In this document: positions 56,306-64,000 of the stretch, in pieces
How positions within the stretch are numbered: the first letter of the stretch is position 1
Layout: every line of letters begins with the position of its first letter
Source: Bacteroidales bacterium
GTDB taxonomy: Bacteria; Bacteroidota; Bacteroidia; Bacteroidales; UBA932
NCBI GenBank assembly: GCA_024401925.1
Contig: JAKSKD010000005.1
Location: forward strand, 3,709 to 67,708
Length of the DNA: 64,000 nucleotides
Direction: 5' to 3'
Program-made: the position numbers and the translations under genes
Notes under the pieces: model-generated
What the model was told of the DNA's origin: nothing
Seen by the model: the letters and a program-made list of their open reading frames with translations, nothing else
Database searches by the model: none

Positions 56306-56851
56306 TTAACTGAATATTTTACTTCCGTCGCCGAGCATTTCAACGACGCTGATAAGTTCTTCTTTTATGGCCTCAACTGCTTCTTCGGTGCTGTGCCCGT
56401 TTTCCGGTGAATTTTCCTTGCCCCTGTTGTGCAGTTCGGACAGTGTCCTGTAGCTTACACCCAACATACTGAAAAGACTCTCACATTCTGTGCAAACCGA
56501 CTTTGAAAGTGCCATAAGCAGATGATCGGCACCAACCTCTCCGTCTCCTGCCATGGACGCCTCCAGCATAGTCATACTGAGAACGTTTTCCGCGCTGCGG
56601 GACAAGGTGATTTTGTCTTCGTCGCAGTATGGTATGCCGACGGATTTGAAAAGTCTTGAATCAAGGAATCCTTTGCATGCAGCTATGTCGGCGCCGCATT
56701 CTGACAGCATCCGGCAGGCTTCGTTGTCCCCGTGCCGGAGCAGCCCGAGAAAAAGATGTCCGGGACCGATCTGATACGTTCCTGTCCTCATCGCCTCGTC
56801 TTTGGAATACTGCAGGATCTTGGTCAGGATATCTGAAATATACATCTCCAT
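56306..56851 (-). CDS. Stand-alone Clp N-terminal (double Clp-repeat) domain protein, 181 aa
   Basis: SKDEA.R.G...IGPGHLFLGLLR and LSRSAENVL...LEA....VGADHLLMAL. No Walker motifs. ATG 56851 is 7 nt after TACATTTG. Confidence 0.85.
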   Translation of the reverse strand: MEMYISDILTKILQYSKDEAMRTGTYQIGPGHLFLGLLRHGDNEACRMLSECGADIAACKGFLDSRLFKSVGIPYCDEDKITLSRSAENVLSMTMLEASMAGDGEVGADHLLMALSKSVCTECESLFSMLGVSYRTLSELHNRGKENSPENGHSTEEAVEAIKEELISVVEMLGDGSKIFS

Positions 56852-56858
56852 CAGGTTG

Positions 56859-56886
56859 CAAATGTACCATTTTTTTTCTAAATTTG
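56859..56886. promoter_or_regulatory. Back-to-back -7 boxes for the Clp-N gene and gyrA
   Basis: Minus TACATTTG (56866-56859) and plus TAAATTTG (56879-56886), 12 bp apart. Confidence 0.72.
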
Positions 56887-56924
56887 CGTGTTTATAATAA
56901 AAGGAAAGAATTGAGGAAATAGAT

Positions 56925-59438
56925 ATGGATAATGAGGTTTTAAACACCGAACAGTTACATGGAATCATAGAGCCGGTCGAGATCGACCATGAAATGCGTA
57001 CGGCCTACATAGACTACTCTATGTCAGTCATCGTTTCGCGTGCCCTCCCTGATGCCAGGGATGGTTTGAAACCGGTTCAGAGGCGAGTGCTTTTCGGTAT
57101 GGACGGGCTTGGGTTAAGCTATGGTGGACAGACCAAGAAGTCGGCGAGGATTGTAGGAGAAGTGCTTGGTAAGTTCCATCCGCACGGCGATTCCAGCGTA
57201 TATGATGCAATGGCCCGTCTGGCTCAGAACTGGAACCAGAGATACCCTCTGGTGTTCGGTCAGGGTAACTTCGGTTCTATGGACGGAGATCCTGTTGCCG
57301 CCATGCGTTATACCGAGGCAAAGCTTGCCAGGATGGCTGAGGATGTCCTTCATGACATAGAAAAGGATACCGTTGATATGCAGCTGAACTTCGACGACTC
57401 GCTCGAGGAACCGACCGTGCTGCCTACCAAACTGCCTCTCCTCCTTCTCAACGGTTCTTCCGGAATTGCTGTGGGAATGGCGACGAATATGGCTCCGCAC
57501 AACTTGGGTGAAGTCTGCGATGCCATTTGTGCATATATCGATAATCCCGATATTTCGACCGAAGAATTGATGGAACACATCAAGGGCCCGGATTTTCCTA
57601 CCGGAGGAATAATACAGGGACGTCAGGGCATCATCGATGCATATGAGACAGGTCGTGGAAAGGTTGTTGTCAGGGCAAAGACCGAAATAGAAGTCGCTGA
57701 CAACGGAAGGGAGACTATAGTCGTTACGGAAATTCCGTATATGGTCAACAAGAAGGATATGATCGAGAAGATCGGCCAGATGGTTGAGGGCAAGAGAATT
57801 GATGGAATATCCTATATAAATGATGAAACATCCCGCGAAGGAGTCCGCGTTGTCTTCAGATTGAAGATGGGTGCCAATTCCAACGTGGTTCTCAATACAT
57901 TGTTCAAGTACACTGCCCTCCAGAGCAGTTTCCCTATCAACAATGTCGCACTCGTGAAAGGAAGACCGCAGACCCTGTCGTTGAAGCAGATGCTTGCGAC
58001 ATTCATCGATTTCCGCCACGAGGTTGTAGTGAGAAGGACAAAATTCGATCTCGACAAGGCTCAGAAGAGGGCGCATATCCTCGAAGGTCTCCTCAAGGCC
58101 ATTGATGTGATTGACGAGATTGTCGCCATCATTAAGAAGTCCAAGAGCGTCGATGAAGCAAGAACTGAACTTATGGAGACATTCGGTTTCTCTGAGCTTC
58201 AGGCATCAGCCATCATAGAGATGCGTCTCCGTCAATTGACGGGACTCGAGAAGACCAAGCTCAAGGCTGAGTATGATGAACTCGAGAAATTCATTGCCCG
58301 CTGCCAGGAGATTCTTGGAAGCGAAGAGGAACAGTTGAAGGTAGTCAAGGAGGAAACGGAGGCTATGAAGGCTAAGTATGCCGATGCCCGCCGCTCAGAG
58401 ATTGTGATGTCAGCCGACGAATTCAATCCTGAGGATTTCTATGCGGATGAGGATGTGGTGATTACCATCTCCCACCTTGGATATATCAAGCGTACGGCTC
58501 TTGCCGAGTACAGGACCCAGAACAGGGGAGGTGTCGGAATGAAAGGCAGCGCTACGAGGGATGAAGACTTCATCGAACATATCTATGTGGCCAATATGCA
58601 TTCTACTATGCTGTTCTTCACACAGAAGGGATTGTGCTACAGGATGAAGGTGTATGAACTTCCTGAAGGTAACAAGACCTCCAAAGGGCGTGCTATCCAG
58701 AATCTTATGTCTATCGAACCTGACGACTGCATCAAGACCTATCTCAATGCGAAGTCCATCGAGGACCCTGAATATATCAACAATAACTATGTCGTACTCA
58801 TTACCAAGCAGGGTATCATCAAAAAGACCACACTTGCGGAGTACTCCAACAAGCGCAGCCGTAACAAGGGAATCATCGCCATCACCGTACGTGAGGGAGA
58901 TGAACTCCTTGATGCTCTCCTGACCAACGGAAATCACGAAATTATGATAGCTGCCAAGGGGGGAAGGTGCGTGAGGTTCGTGGAATCCCAGGCAAGATCT
59001 CTAAGCCGTGGTTCTCAGGGCGTAAGGGGCATTGACCTCGCGGATGGCGATGAAGTTGTCGGAGCTATTTCATTCGACCCGTCGGCGGAGGATGCAAAGG
59101 ATCATACCGTGCTGGTAGTCAGTGAGAACGGATATGGAAAACGTACCGATCCTTCCGAGTATAGAATCACCAGCAGGGGAGCCAAGGGAGTCAAGACAAT
59201 TAACATTACTGAAAAGACTGGCTCGCTTGTTGCAATAAAGAGTGTGACGGAGTATAACGACTTGATGATAATCAACCATTCTGGTATAGCTATTAGGATG
59301 AGTATCAAGGATATACGCGAGGCTGGAAGAGCGACGCAGGGAGTGCGTCTGATTAATATCAAAGAGAATGACTCGATTGCAGCAGTGTCTCCGGTGGCCG
59401 CCTCCGACGAAGATGAAGAACAACAGACTAACCAATAG
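56925..59438 (+). CDS. gyrA: DNA gyrase subunit A
   Basis: [24 protein letters not shown], catalytic AAMRYTE, GyrA-box QNRGGVG, C-terminal pinwheel repeats. Confidence 0.98.
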   Translation: MDNEVLNTEQLHGIIEPVEIDHEMRTAYIDYSMSVIVSRALPDARDGLKPVQRRVLFGMDGLGLSYGGQTKKSARIVGEVLGKFHPHGDSSVYDAMARLAQNWNQRYPLVFGQGNFGSMDGDPVAAMRYTEAKLARMAEDVLHDIEKDTVDMQLNFDDSLEEPTVLPTKLPLLLLNGSSGIAVGMATNMAPHNLGEVCDAICAYIDNPDISTEELMEHIKGPDFPTGGIIQGRQGIIDAYETGRGKVVVRAKTEIEVADNGRETIVVTEIPYMVNKKDMIEKIGQMVEGKRIDGISYINDETSREGVRVVFRLKMGANSNVVLNTLFKYTALQSSFPINNVALVKGRPQTLSLKQMLATFIDFRHEVVVRRTKFDLDKAQKRAHILEGLLKAIDVIDEIVAIIKKSKSVDEARTELMETFGFSELQASAIIEMRLRQLTGLEKTKLKAEYDELEKFIARCQEILGSEEEQLKVVKEETEAMKAKYADARRSEIVMSADEFNPEDFYADEDVVITISHLGYIKRTALAEYRTQNRGGVGMKGSATRDEDFIEHIYVANMHSTMLFFTQKGLCYRMKVYELPEGNKTSKGRAIQNLMSIEPDDCIKTYLNAKSIEDPEYINNNYVVLITKQGIIKKTTLAEYSNKRSRNKGIIAITVREGDELLDALLTNGNHEIMIAAKGGRCVRFVESQARSLSRGSQGVRGIDLADGDEVVGAISFDPSAEDAKDHTVLVVSENGYGKRTDPSEYRITSRGAKGVKTINITEKTGSLVAIKSVTEYNDLMIINHSGIAIRMSIKDIREAGRATQGVRLINIKENDSIAAVSPVAASDEDEEQQTNQ

Positions 59439-59464
59439 TTAACAATAAACTAAAAATAGAAGTT

Positions 59465-60805
59465 ATGAAAAAAATTTTGATGACACTGGCACTTGTTGCC
59501 TCTTTCCAGTTCGCTTATGCACAGACTGGCGCAAACAAGGTTGTAGCCCAGAAACGCAATGCGGCAAAGGCAGCTGTTGAGTCTGCTGAAGCTGATGCCG
59601 CCAACGCTAAGAAAGCTGCAAAACTTGCTACCTGGCTTAATCTCGGTAAGGCATATCTTGATGCAAATGCTGCTCCTACTGCAAACGCATATCTCGGAGC
59701 AACAAAGACTGAACTTTCTCTGCTTATGGGCGGAAATCTGAATCCTATTTCTTCAGAGACAGTTGTTCTCGACGGAGTACAGCTTTCAAAGGAAGATTAC
59801 GGCGGATGTGATTTCTATTTCAATGAGAACGGTACGCTTGTTATGACGGACGTCACAGAACCTGTTGTCCCGGATGCTTTGAACAAGGCTTTCGAGGCTT
59901 TCCAGAAAGCTCAGGAACTTGACGTCAAGGGAAGCAAGAAAAAGGATATCAGTGCTGCTATCAAGACTATCGCAGATGCATTCAGCGAGCAGGCATATAA
60001 CCAGTACAGCTTCGGTAATTTCGCGGCTGCCAGCAAGTTTTTTGAACGCGTGTCAGAAGTATCTCTCGCTGAACCATACGCAGTTCTTGATACAAATTCA
60101 ATTTATAATGCCGCATACACAGCATTCCAGTCAGAGAACTTCGCAAAGGCAAAGGAACTGTTCGAAAAGTGTGCGTCATACGGATACTATTACAATGACG
60201 GTATCGTATTTTCTTATCTGTCAAAACTTGCTGAGAAAGACGGTGATGCAGAGAAGTCACTTGCTATTCTTAAGGAAGGTTTTGCCGCTTTCCCGCAGAG
60301 CCAGGCTATACTTGTTGACCTCATCAATTACTACATCACAAGCAAGTCTGACACAGATGAACTCTTCTCTCTGCTCAATAAGGCAAAGCAGAATGAGCCT
60401 AACAATGCTTCCCTCTATTATGTAGAAGGCAATATCAATGCCCAGCTCGGAAACGAGGAAGCCGCTATCGCTGCTTGGGAGAAGTGCTCAGAGGTTAATC
60501 CTAAATACGCTCTCGGTTTCTATGGCGAGGGAGTTCACTTCTATGACAGGGCAGTTGACATTCAGGATGCTGCAGCTGCAGAACTTGATGATGCAAAATA
60601 TATGGCACTCGTTGCTGAATTCGAGGAAGTGCTTGAGAAGTCAATTGCTCCATTCGAGAAGGCATTCGAGATTGCTGAAGAGGCTGATGTGAAGACGAGC
60701 GCCGCAGAGTACCTCAGGAATGCGACATTCCGTCTCCGTGCAAAGGATCCTAAGTTCCAGGCTGCGTACGATAAGTACAACGCTTACGTACAGGGAGAAA
60801 AGTAG
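59465..60805 (+). CDS. Exported tetratricopeptide-repeat protein
   Basis: Signal peptide; repeated helical TPR patterns (e.g. EPNNASLYYVEG, PKYALGFYGEG). Confidence 0.85.
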   Translation: MKKILMTLALVASFQFAYAQTGANKVVAQKRNAAKAAVESAEADAANAKKAAKLATWLNLGKAYLDANAAPTANAYLGATKTELSLLMGGNLNPISSETVVLDGVQLSKEDYGGCDFYFNENGTLVMTDVTEPVVPDALNKAFEAFQKAQELDVKGSKKKDISAAIKTIADAFSEQAYNQYSFGNFAAASKFFERVSEVSLAEPYAVLDTNSIYNAAYTAFQSENFAKAKELFEKCASYGYYYNDGIVFSYLSKLAEKDGDAEKSLAILKEGFAAFPQSQAILVDLINYYITSKSDTDELFSLLNKAKQNEPNNASLYYVEGNINAQLGNEEAAIAAWEKCSEVNPKYALGFYGEGVHFYDRAVDIQDAAAAELDDAKYMALVAEFEEVLEKSIAPFEKAFEIAEEADVKTSAAEYLRNATFRLRAKDPKFQAAYDKYNAYVQGEK

Positions 60806-60808
60806 AAA

Positions 60809-61756
60809 TTATTGATCGAGGCCTTCCTTCTCGAAGGCCTTGACTATTTTAGTGACCAAAGGGTGTCGCACGATGTCTTCGGAAGTGAAGGTGACAGTGC
60901 AGATGCCCTTTATGTTTTTCACCATACTGATGGTCTTCAGGAGGCCGGAATCCTCCTTTCTCGGAAGGTCCACCTGGGAGGCGTCGCCTGTGACTATGAA
61001 CTTGGCGTTGCATCCCATACGTGTGAGAAACATTTTGATTTGTCCCAGGTTCGTGTTCTGGGCTTCGTCGAGAATGACGCAGGCACGGTCGAGGGTGCGT
61101 CCGCGCATATAGGCCAGAGGTGCTATCTGAATGGTGCCGTCAGCCATAAAATCCTGAAGTTTCTTCGCAGGAATCATATCTCCCAGAGCATCATATAAAG
61201 GCTGCAGATATGGGTCGAGTTTGTCTTTAAGGTCTCCCGGAAGGAAACCGAGTCTTTCTCCGGCCTCGACAGCTGGGCGGGTGAGTATTATCCTCTTGAT
61301 TTCCCTGTTTTTCAGGGCTCTGACAGCAAGTGCTATGGCAATGTAAGTCTTTCCGGTACCGGCAGGACCTGTAGCAAAGATAAGGTCGTTGTCAAAATAG
61401 GCTTTTACCATATCCTGCTGGGTTTTGTTTCGTGCCCGTATTGCCTTGCCGTCCGTTGTGTGTACTATGATGGCATCGCCTGAAAGCTTGAATTTATCTG
61501 CGGAGGTCTCCCCGTCGAATATGTCTTCAACGTCATAGACAGTCAGGTTCATCTTGTGATGCCTGACTTCAACAAGTTCCGAAAGTTTGGTCTCGAATTC
61601 TTCAATCTCCACATCCTTGCCATCCAGGATGATGTCGGTGCCGCGGGCTACAACTTTCAACCCCGGGAAATAGGTGCAGAATTCTTCAAGGATTTTGTTT
61701 CCGACCCCGAAAATCTCCACTGGGTCGATTGATTCAAGCTTTATGGTTTTTCTCAT
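60809..61756 (-). CDS. phoH: PhoH family ATPase (PhoH/YbeZ)
   Basis: GPAGTGKT, RPAVEAGE.LGFLPG, APLAYMRGRT, DEAQN, RHPLV. Confidence 0.95.
   Translation of the reverse strand: MRKTIKLESIDPVEIFGVGNKILEEFCTYFPGLKVVARGTDIILDGKDVEIEEFETKLSELVEVRHHKMNLTVYDVEDIFDGETSADKFKLSGDAIIVHTTDGKAIRARNKTQQDMVKAYFDNDLIFATGPAGTGKTYIAIALAVRALKNREIKRIILTRPAVEAGERLGFLPGDLKDKLDPYLQPLYDALGDMIPAKKLQDFMADGTIQIAPLAYMRGRTLDRACVILDEAQNTNLGQIKMFLTRMGCNAKFIVTGDASQVDLPRKEDSGLLKTISMVKNIKGICTVTFTSEDIVRHPLVTKIVKAFEKEGLDQ
60816..60850 (+). terminator. Terminator-like hairpin for gyrA-TPR, inside the phoH 3' end
   Basis: TCGAGGCCTTC-CTTCTC-GAAGGCCTTGA (11 bp) then CTATTTT, 10 nt after the TPR stop. Confidence 0.55.
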
Positions 61757-61826
61757 ATCGGCAAAGATATGTATTTTTTTGTCAAGGATTAATGATTAAA
61801 TTTGCATTTTAAGCTATTAAAAGGCG

Positions 61827-62345
61827 ATGAAGTGTAAGTGTTTGATAATTAGCTTGTTGCTCGTGTGTTCCGCATTGCTGACCGGTTGCGATTTCGTGCG
61901 TTCGGCTCTCGGGCGACCGACTTCGGCCGAAATAGAGGCCAAAAGGCAGGTGATTCTGGAAGAGAACCGGGTGGCGGCAGAGGAGAAAGCGAAGGCTGAA
62001 GCTGCAGAAAAATATAGCAGAGACTCTCTTGCTGCGTTGAATTCTTTTGCCGACAAAGGAATTCAGATGAAGTTGCGTTCCGAGCTCCCGGCCACAATCG
62101 TTTCTGCGCCTGAACTCCGTTATTACATAATAGCCGGCGCTTTCGGGACTCCATCAAACGCTGAAAAACTCCAGTCTAATCTAGTAGAGAAGGGTTTCAA
62201 TTCGGAAATTCTTGTATATAGAAGCGGAATAAGGGCAGTCGGCGTCACACCTACGGATGATATTGTGGAGCTGTATGGCTCATATGACAGGTTGGTCGGA
62301 GAAAAAATAATACCGGCCGATGCCTGGATTCTTGTTAATGAATAG
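61827..62345 (+). CDS. SPOR-domain lipoprotein
   Basis: LTGC lipobox, coiled coil, YYIIAGAFG...NA..L...L...GF, DAWIL. Confidence 0.82.
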   Translation: MKCKCLIISLLLVCSALLTGCDFVRSALGRPTSAEIEAKRQVILEENRVAAEEKAKAEAAEKYSRDSLAALNSFADKGIQMKLRSELPATIVSAPELRYYIIAGAFGTPSNAEKLQSNLVEKGFNSEILVYRSGIRAVGVTPTDDIVELYGSYDRLVGEKIIPADAWILVNE

Positions 62346-62351
62346 AAGGGT

Positions 62352-63671
62352 ATGAAAAGAATCCTTGTTATCTCGGCTCTGATGTTTTGTTCTGTCGCGT
62401 ATGCGCAGTTCAGGACAGTGCCTTACTCAAATCTTGATGACAGCGAAACGGTCAAGTCTCTTCGCCGGCACGTTGAATTTCTTTCTTCGGCGGCCCTGGA
62501 AGGGCGTGGCGCGGGAACTGACGGAGAAACCGAAGCCGCCATATATCTGACACAGGGTCTTGCCGCCTATGGAGCCGACGTCATTTCCGGAGACGAGGGG
62601 GAAATTTTCGGAATGAAACAGGAAAGTGGCGACACCCTTTGTTCCAGAAATGTAATTGCCTGTATTCCCGGTTACGACAAGAATCTCAAGGACCGATATA
62701 TCGTGATAGGGGCGAGGATGGATAACATACGGAAAAGGAAACTCACCGTAAACGGAGAGGTTCGCGAAACTGTGTTTTACGGTGCAAACGGGAATGCTTC
62801 GGGCATGGCTATGCTTCTTGAACTGGCAAGGATGCTGGAGACGAACTCGAACCTGCTCCGCAGATCAGTTCTCCTTGTGGGATTCGGCAGTTCCACTGAG
62901 ACATTCGCCGGAGCCTGGTATCTTCTTAACCGTTCGTTCAAGGATGCAGACAAGATTGATGCGATGATAGATCTTGATATGCTGGGGAAGGGAAGCGCCG
63001 GCTTTTATGCCTACACGGCTTCCAATCCCGATATGAATGCGATTGTCAATTCCCTTGCACAGAGTCTTCAGCCGATACATCCCGAACTTACGGCCCAGAT
63101 GCCGTACCCGTCTGACAATATGGCTTTTTATGATGCCTCCATACCTTCGATAATGTTCACGACTGGATTCTACCCGGAACATAACACCGAAAAAGATGTA
63201 GCGGACATCATACAGTATGATTTTATGGAGAGGGAACTGGAATATATCTACAACTATTCAGTTTCCCTCATCAATGGTCCGAAGCCGATTTTCAATGTCC
63301 GGGAGGAACTGAGGAAGCGTGGACCGGAGAACAATGTTGTGCCTTATTATGATTGCGACAGACCGCCGATTTTCCTCGGAAGTACGGATCCGAAGGCATT
63401 CCTGGAGAAGTGGGTTTACAAATATCTCAAATACCCGGAACAGGCCGTCAGGGAAGGAATACAGGGTAAGGTTCTTGTCAACTTCGTTGTGGATGAGAAG
63501 GGCAAGGTGACCAACGTTCAGGTGCTCAAGGGTGTGGATCCGCTCCTCGATGACGAGGCCCTGAGGGTGATCAAAGCATCTCCGGATTGGAAACCGGGAC
63601 TTGTCAGAGGTCAGAAGGTGAAGGCTGAACTGTCGCTATATGTTGAATTCAGATTGAAGAAAAGAAAATAG
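62352..63671 (+). CDS. M28 peptidase-like domain (Zn ligands degenerate) fused to a TonB C-terminal domain
   Basis: Signal peptide; LEGR.AG, RNVIA, NASG..MLLELA, DLDM; C-terminal [24 protein letters not shown]...LDDEALRVI...WKPG. Confidence 0.85.
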   Translation: MKRILVISALMFCSVAYAQFRTVPYSNLDDSETVKSLRRHVEFLSSAALEGRGAGTDGETEAAIYLTQGLAAYGADVISGDEGEIFGMKQESGDTLCSRNVIACIPGYDKNLKDRYIVIGARMDNIRKRKLTVNGEVRETVFYGANGNASGMAMLLELARMLETNSNLLRRSVLLVGFGSSTETFAGAWYLLNRSFKDADKIDAMIDLDMLGKGSAGFYAYTASNPDMNAIVNSLAQSLQPIHPELTAQMPYPSDNMAFYDASIPSIMFTTGFYPEHNTEKDVADIIQYDFMERELEYIYNYSVSLINGPKPIFNVREELRKRGPENNVVPYYDCDRPPIFLGSTDPKAFLEKWVYKYLKYPEQAVREGIQGKVLVNFVVDEKGKVTNVQVLKGVDPLLDDEALRVIKASPDWKPGLVRGQKVKAELSLYVEFRLKKRK

Positions 63672-63676
63672 ATAAT

Positions 63677-64000
63677 ATGGATTACGATTTCAGAAGTATT
63701 GAACGCAAATGGCAGTCCTATTGGGCTGAAAAGCAGGTTTTCAAGGCTGTGGAGGACTCTTCCAGACCTAAGTTCTATGTGCTTGATATGTTCCCGTATC
63801 CTTCAGGGGCTGGCCTTCACGTAGGACATCCTTTGGGATACATCGCGAGTGATATTTATTCCCGGTACAAGAGGCTCAAGGGATTCAATGTGCTTCATCC
63901 TATGGGATATGACTCTTTCGGGCTCCCGGCAGAGCAATATGCCATCCAGACAGGTCAGCATCCTGAGATTACTACTCAGAAGAATATTGCGAGGTACCGT
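63677..64000 (+). CDS. leuS: Leucine--tRNA ligase, 5' part (runs off the window)
   Basis: Hand translation [16 protein letters not shown]...[20 protein letters not shown] (HIGH motif)...[13 protein letters not shown]. Confidence 0.97.
   Translation, partial: MDYDFRSIERKWQSYWAEKQVFKAVEDSSRPKFYVLDMFPYPSGAGLHVGHPLGYIASDIYSRYKRLKGFNVLHPMGYDSFGLPAEQYAIQTGQHPEITTQKNIARYR

Noticed and set aside
57114-58076. 320-aa minus-strand ORF inside gyrA (also 17277-17816 in lon, 26062-26883 in the addB-like gene, 29652-30332 in the addA-like gene)
   Set aside because: Typical antisense open frames produced by codon bias; no domain signal.
1-64000. Stop-codon reassignment, programmed frameshifts, tRNA/rRNA, IS or prophage
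   Set aside because: TAA, TAG and TGA all end full-length conserved genes; no split genes seen; intergenic gaps are short and show no cloverleaf or terminal inverted repeats.

Overview
A gene-dense core-chromosome segment from a Bacteroidota bacterium, most likely order Bacteroidales. This is inferred from TAnnTTTG -7 promoter boxes, Bacteroidota-type bS21/bS22, DUF4954/DUF4290/DUF4293/DUF3822-like genes and mostly SD-less starts. It carries about 60 CDS: translation (rpsU, rplU, rpmA, serS, prfA, partial leuS, rluD, rsmD, tcdA, hslR, and a 29-aa bS22 absent from the ORF track), DNA metabolism (ruvC, ung, AddAB-like pair, ftsK, gyrA, HU), proteostasis (lon, a Clp-N-only protein, FKBPs), envelope and metabolism (lnt, alr, ackA-pta, fabF, coaD, GH51, ApbE, rubrerythrin). 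I found no tRNA, rRNA, CRISPR array, transposase or prophage gene. Most notable: (1) apparent pseudo-enzymes, namely a phosphomannose-isomerase fold lacking its catalytic motifs but carrying two His/Cys-rich segments, and a Zn-ligand-less M28 peptidase fused to a TonB C-domain; (2) a ClpC reduced to its N-domain opposite gyrA; (3) compact transcription architecture, with about 9 apparently leaderless genes, back-to-back promoters and terminator hairpins inside the opposite gene's coding sequence; (4) a strong SD on rpsU, a PerR-like box over the rubrerythrin promoter, a palindrome plus sigma54-like site before lon, and a structured rplU leader. All family calls are from motif recognition by eye, not database searches.
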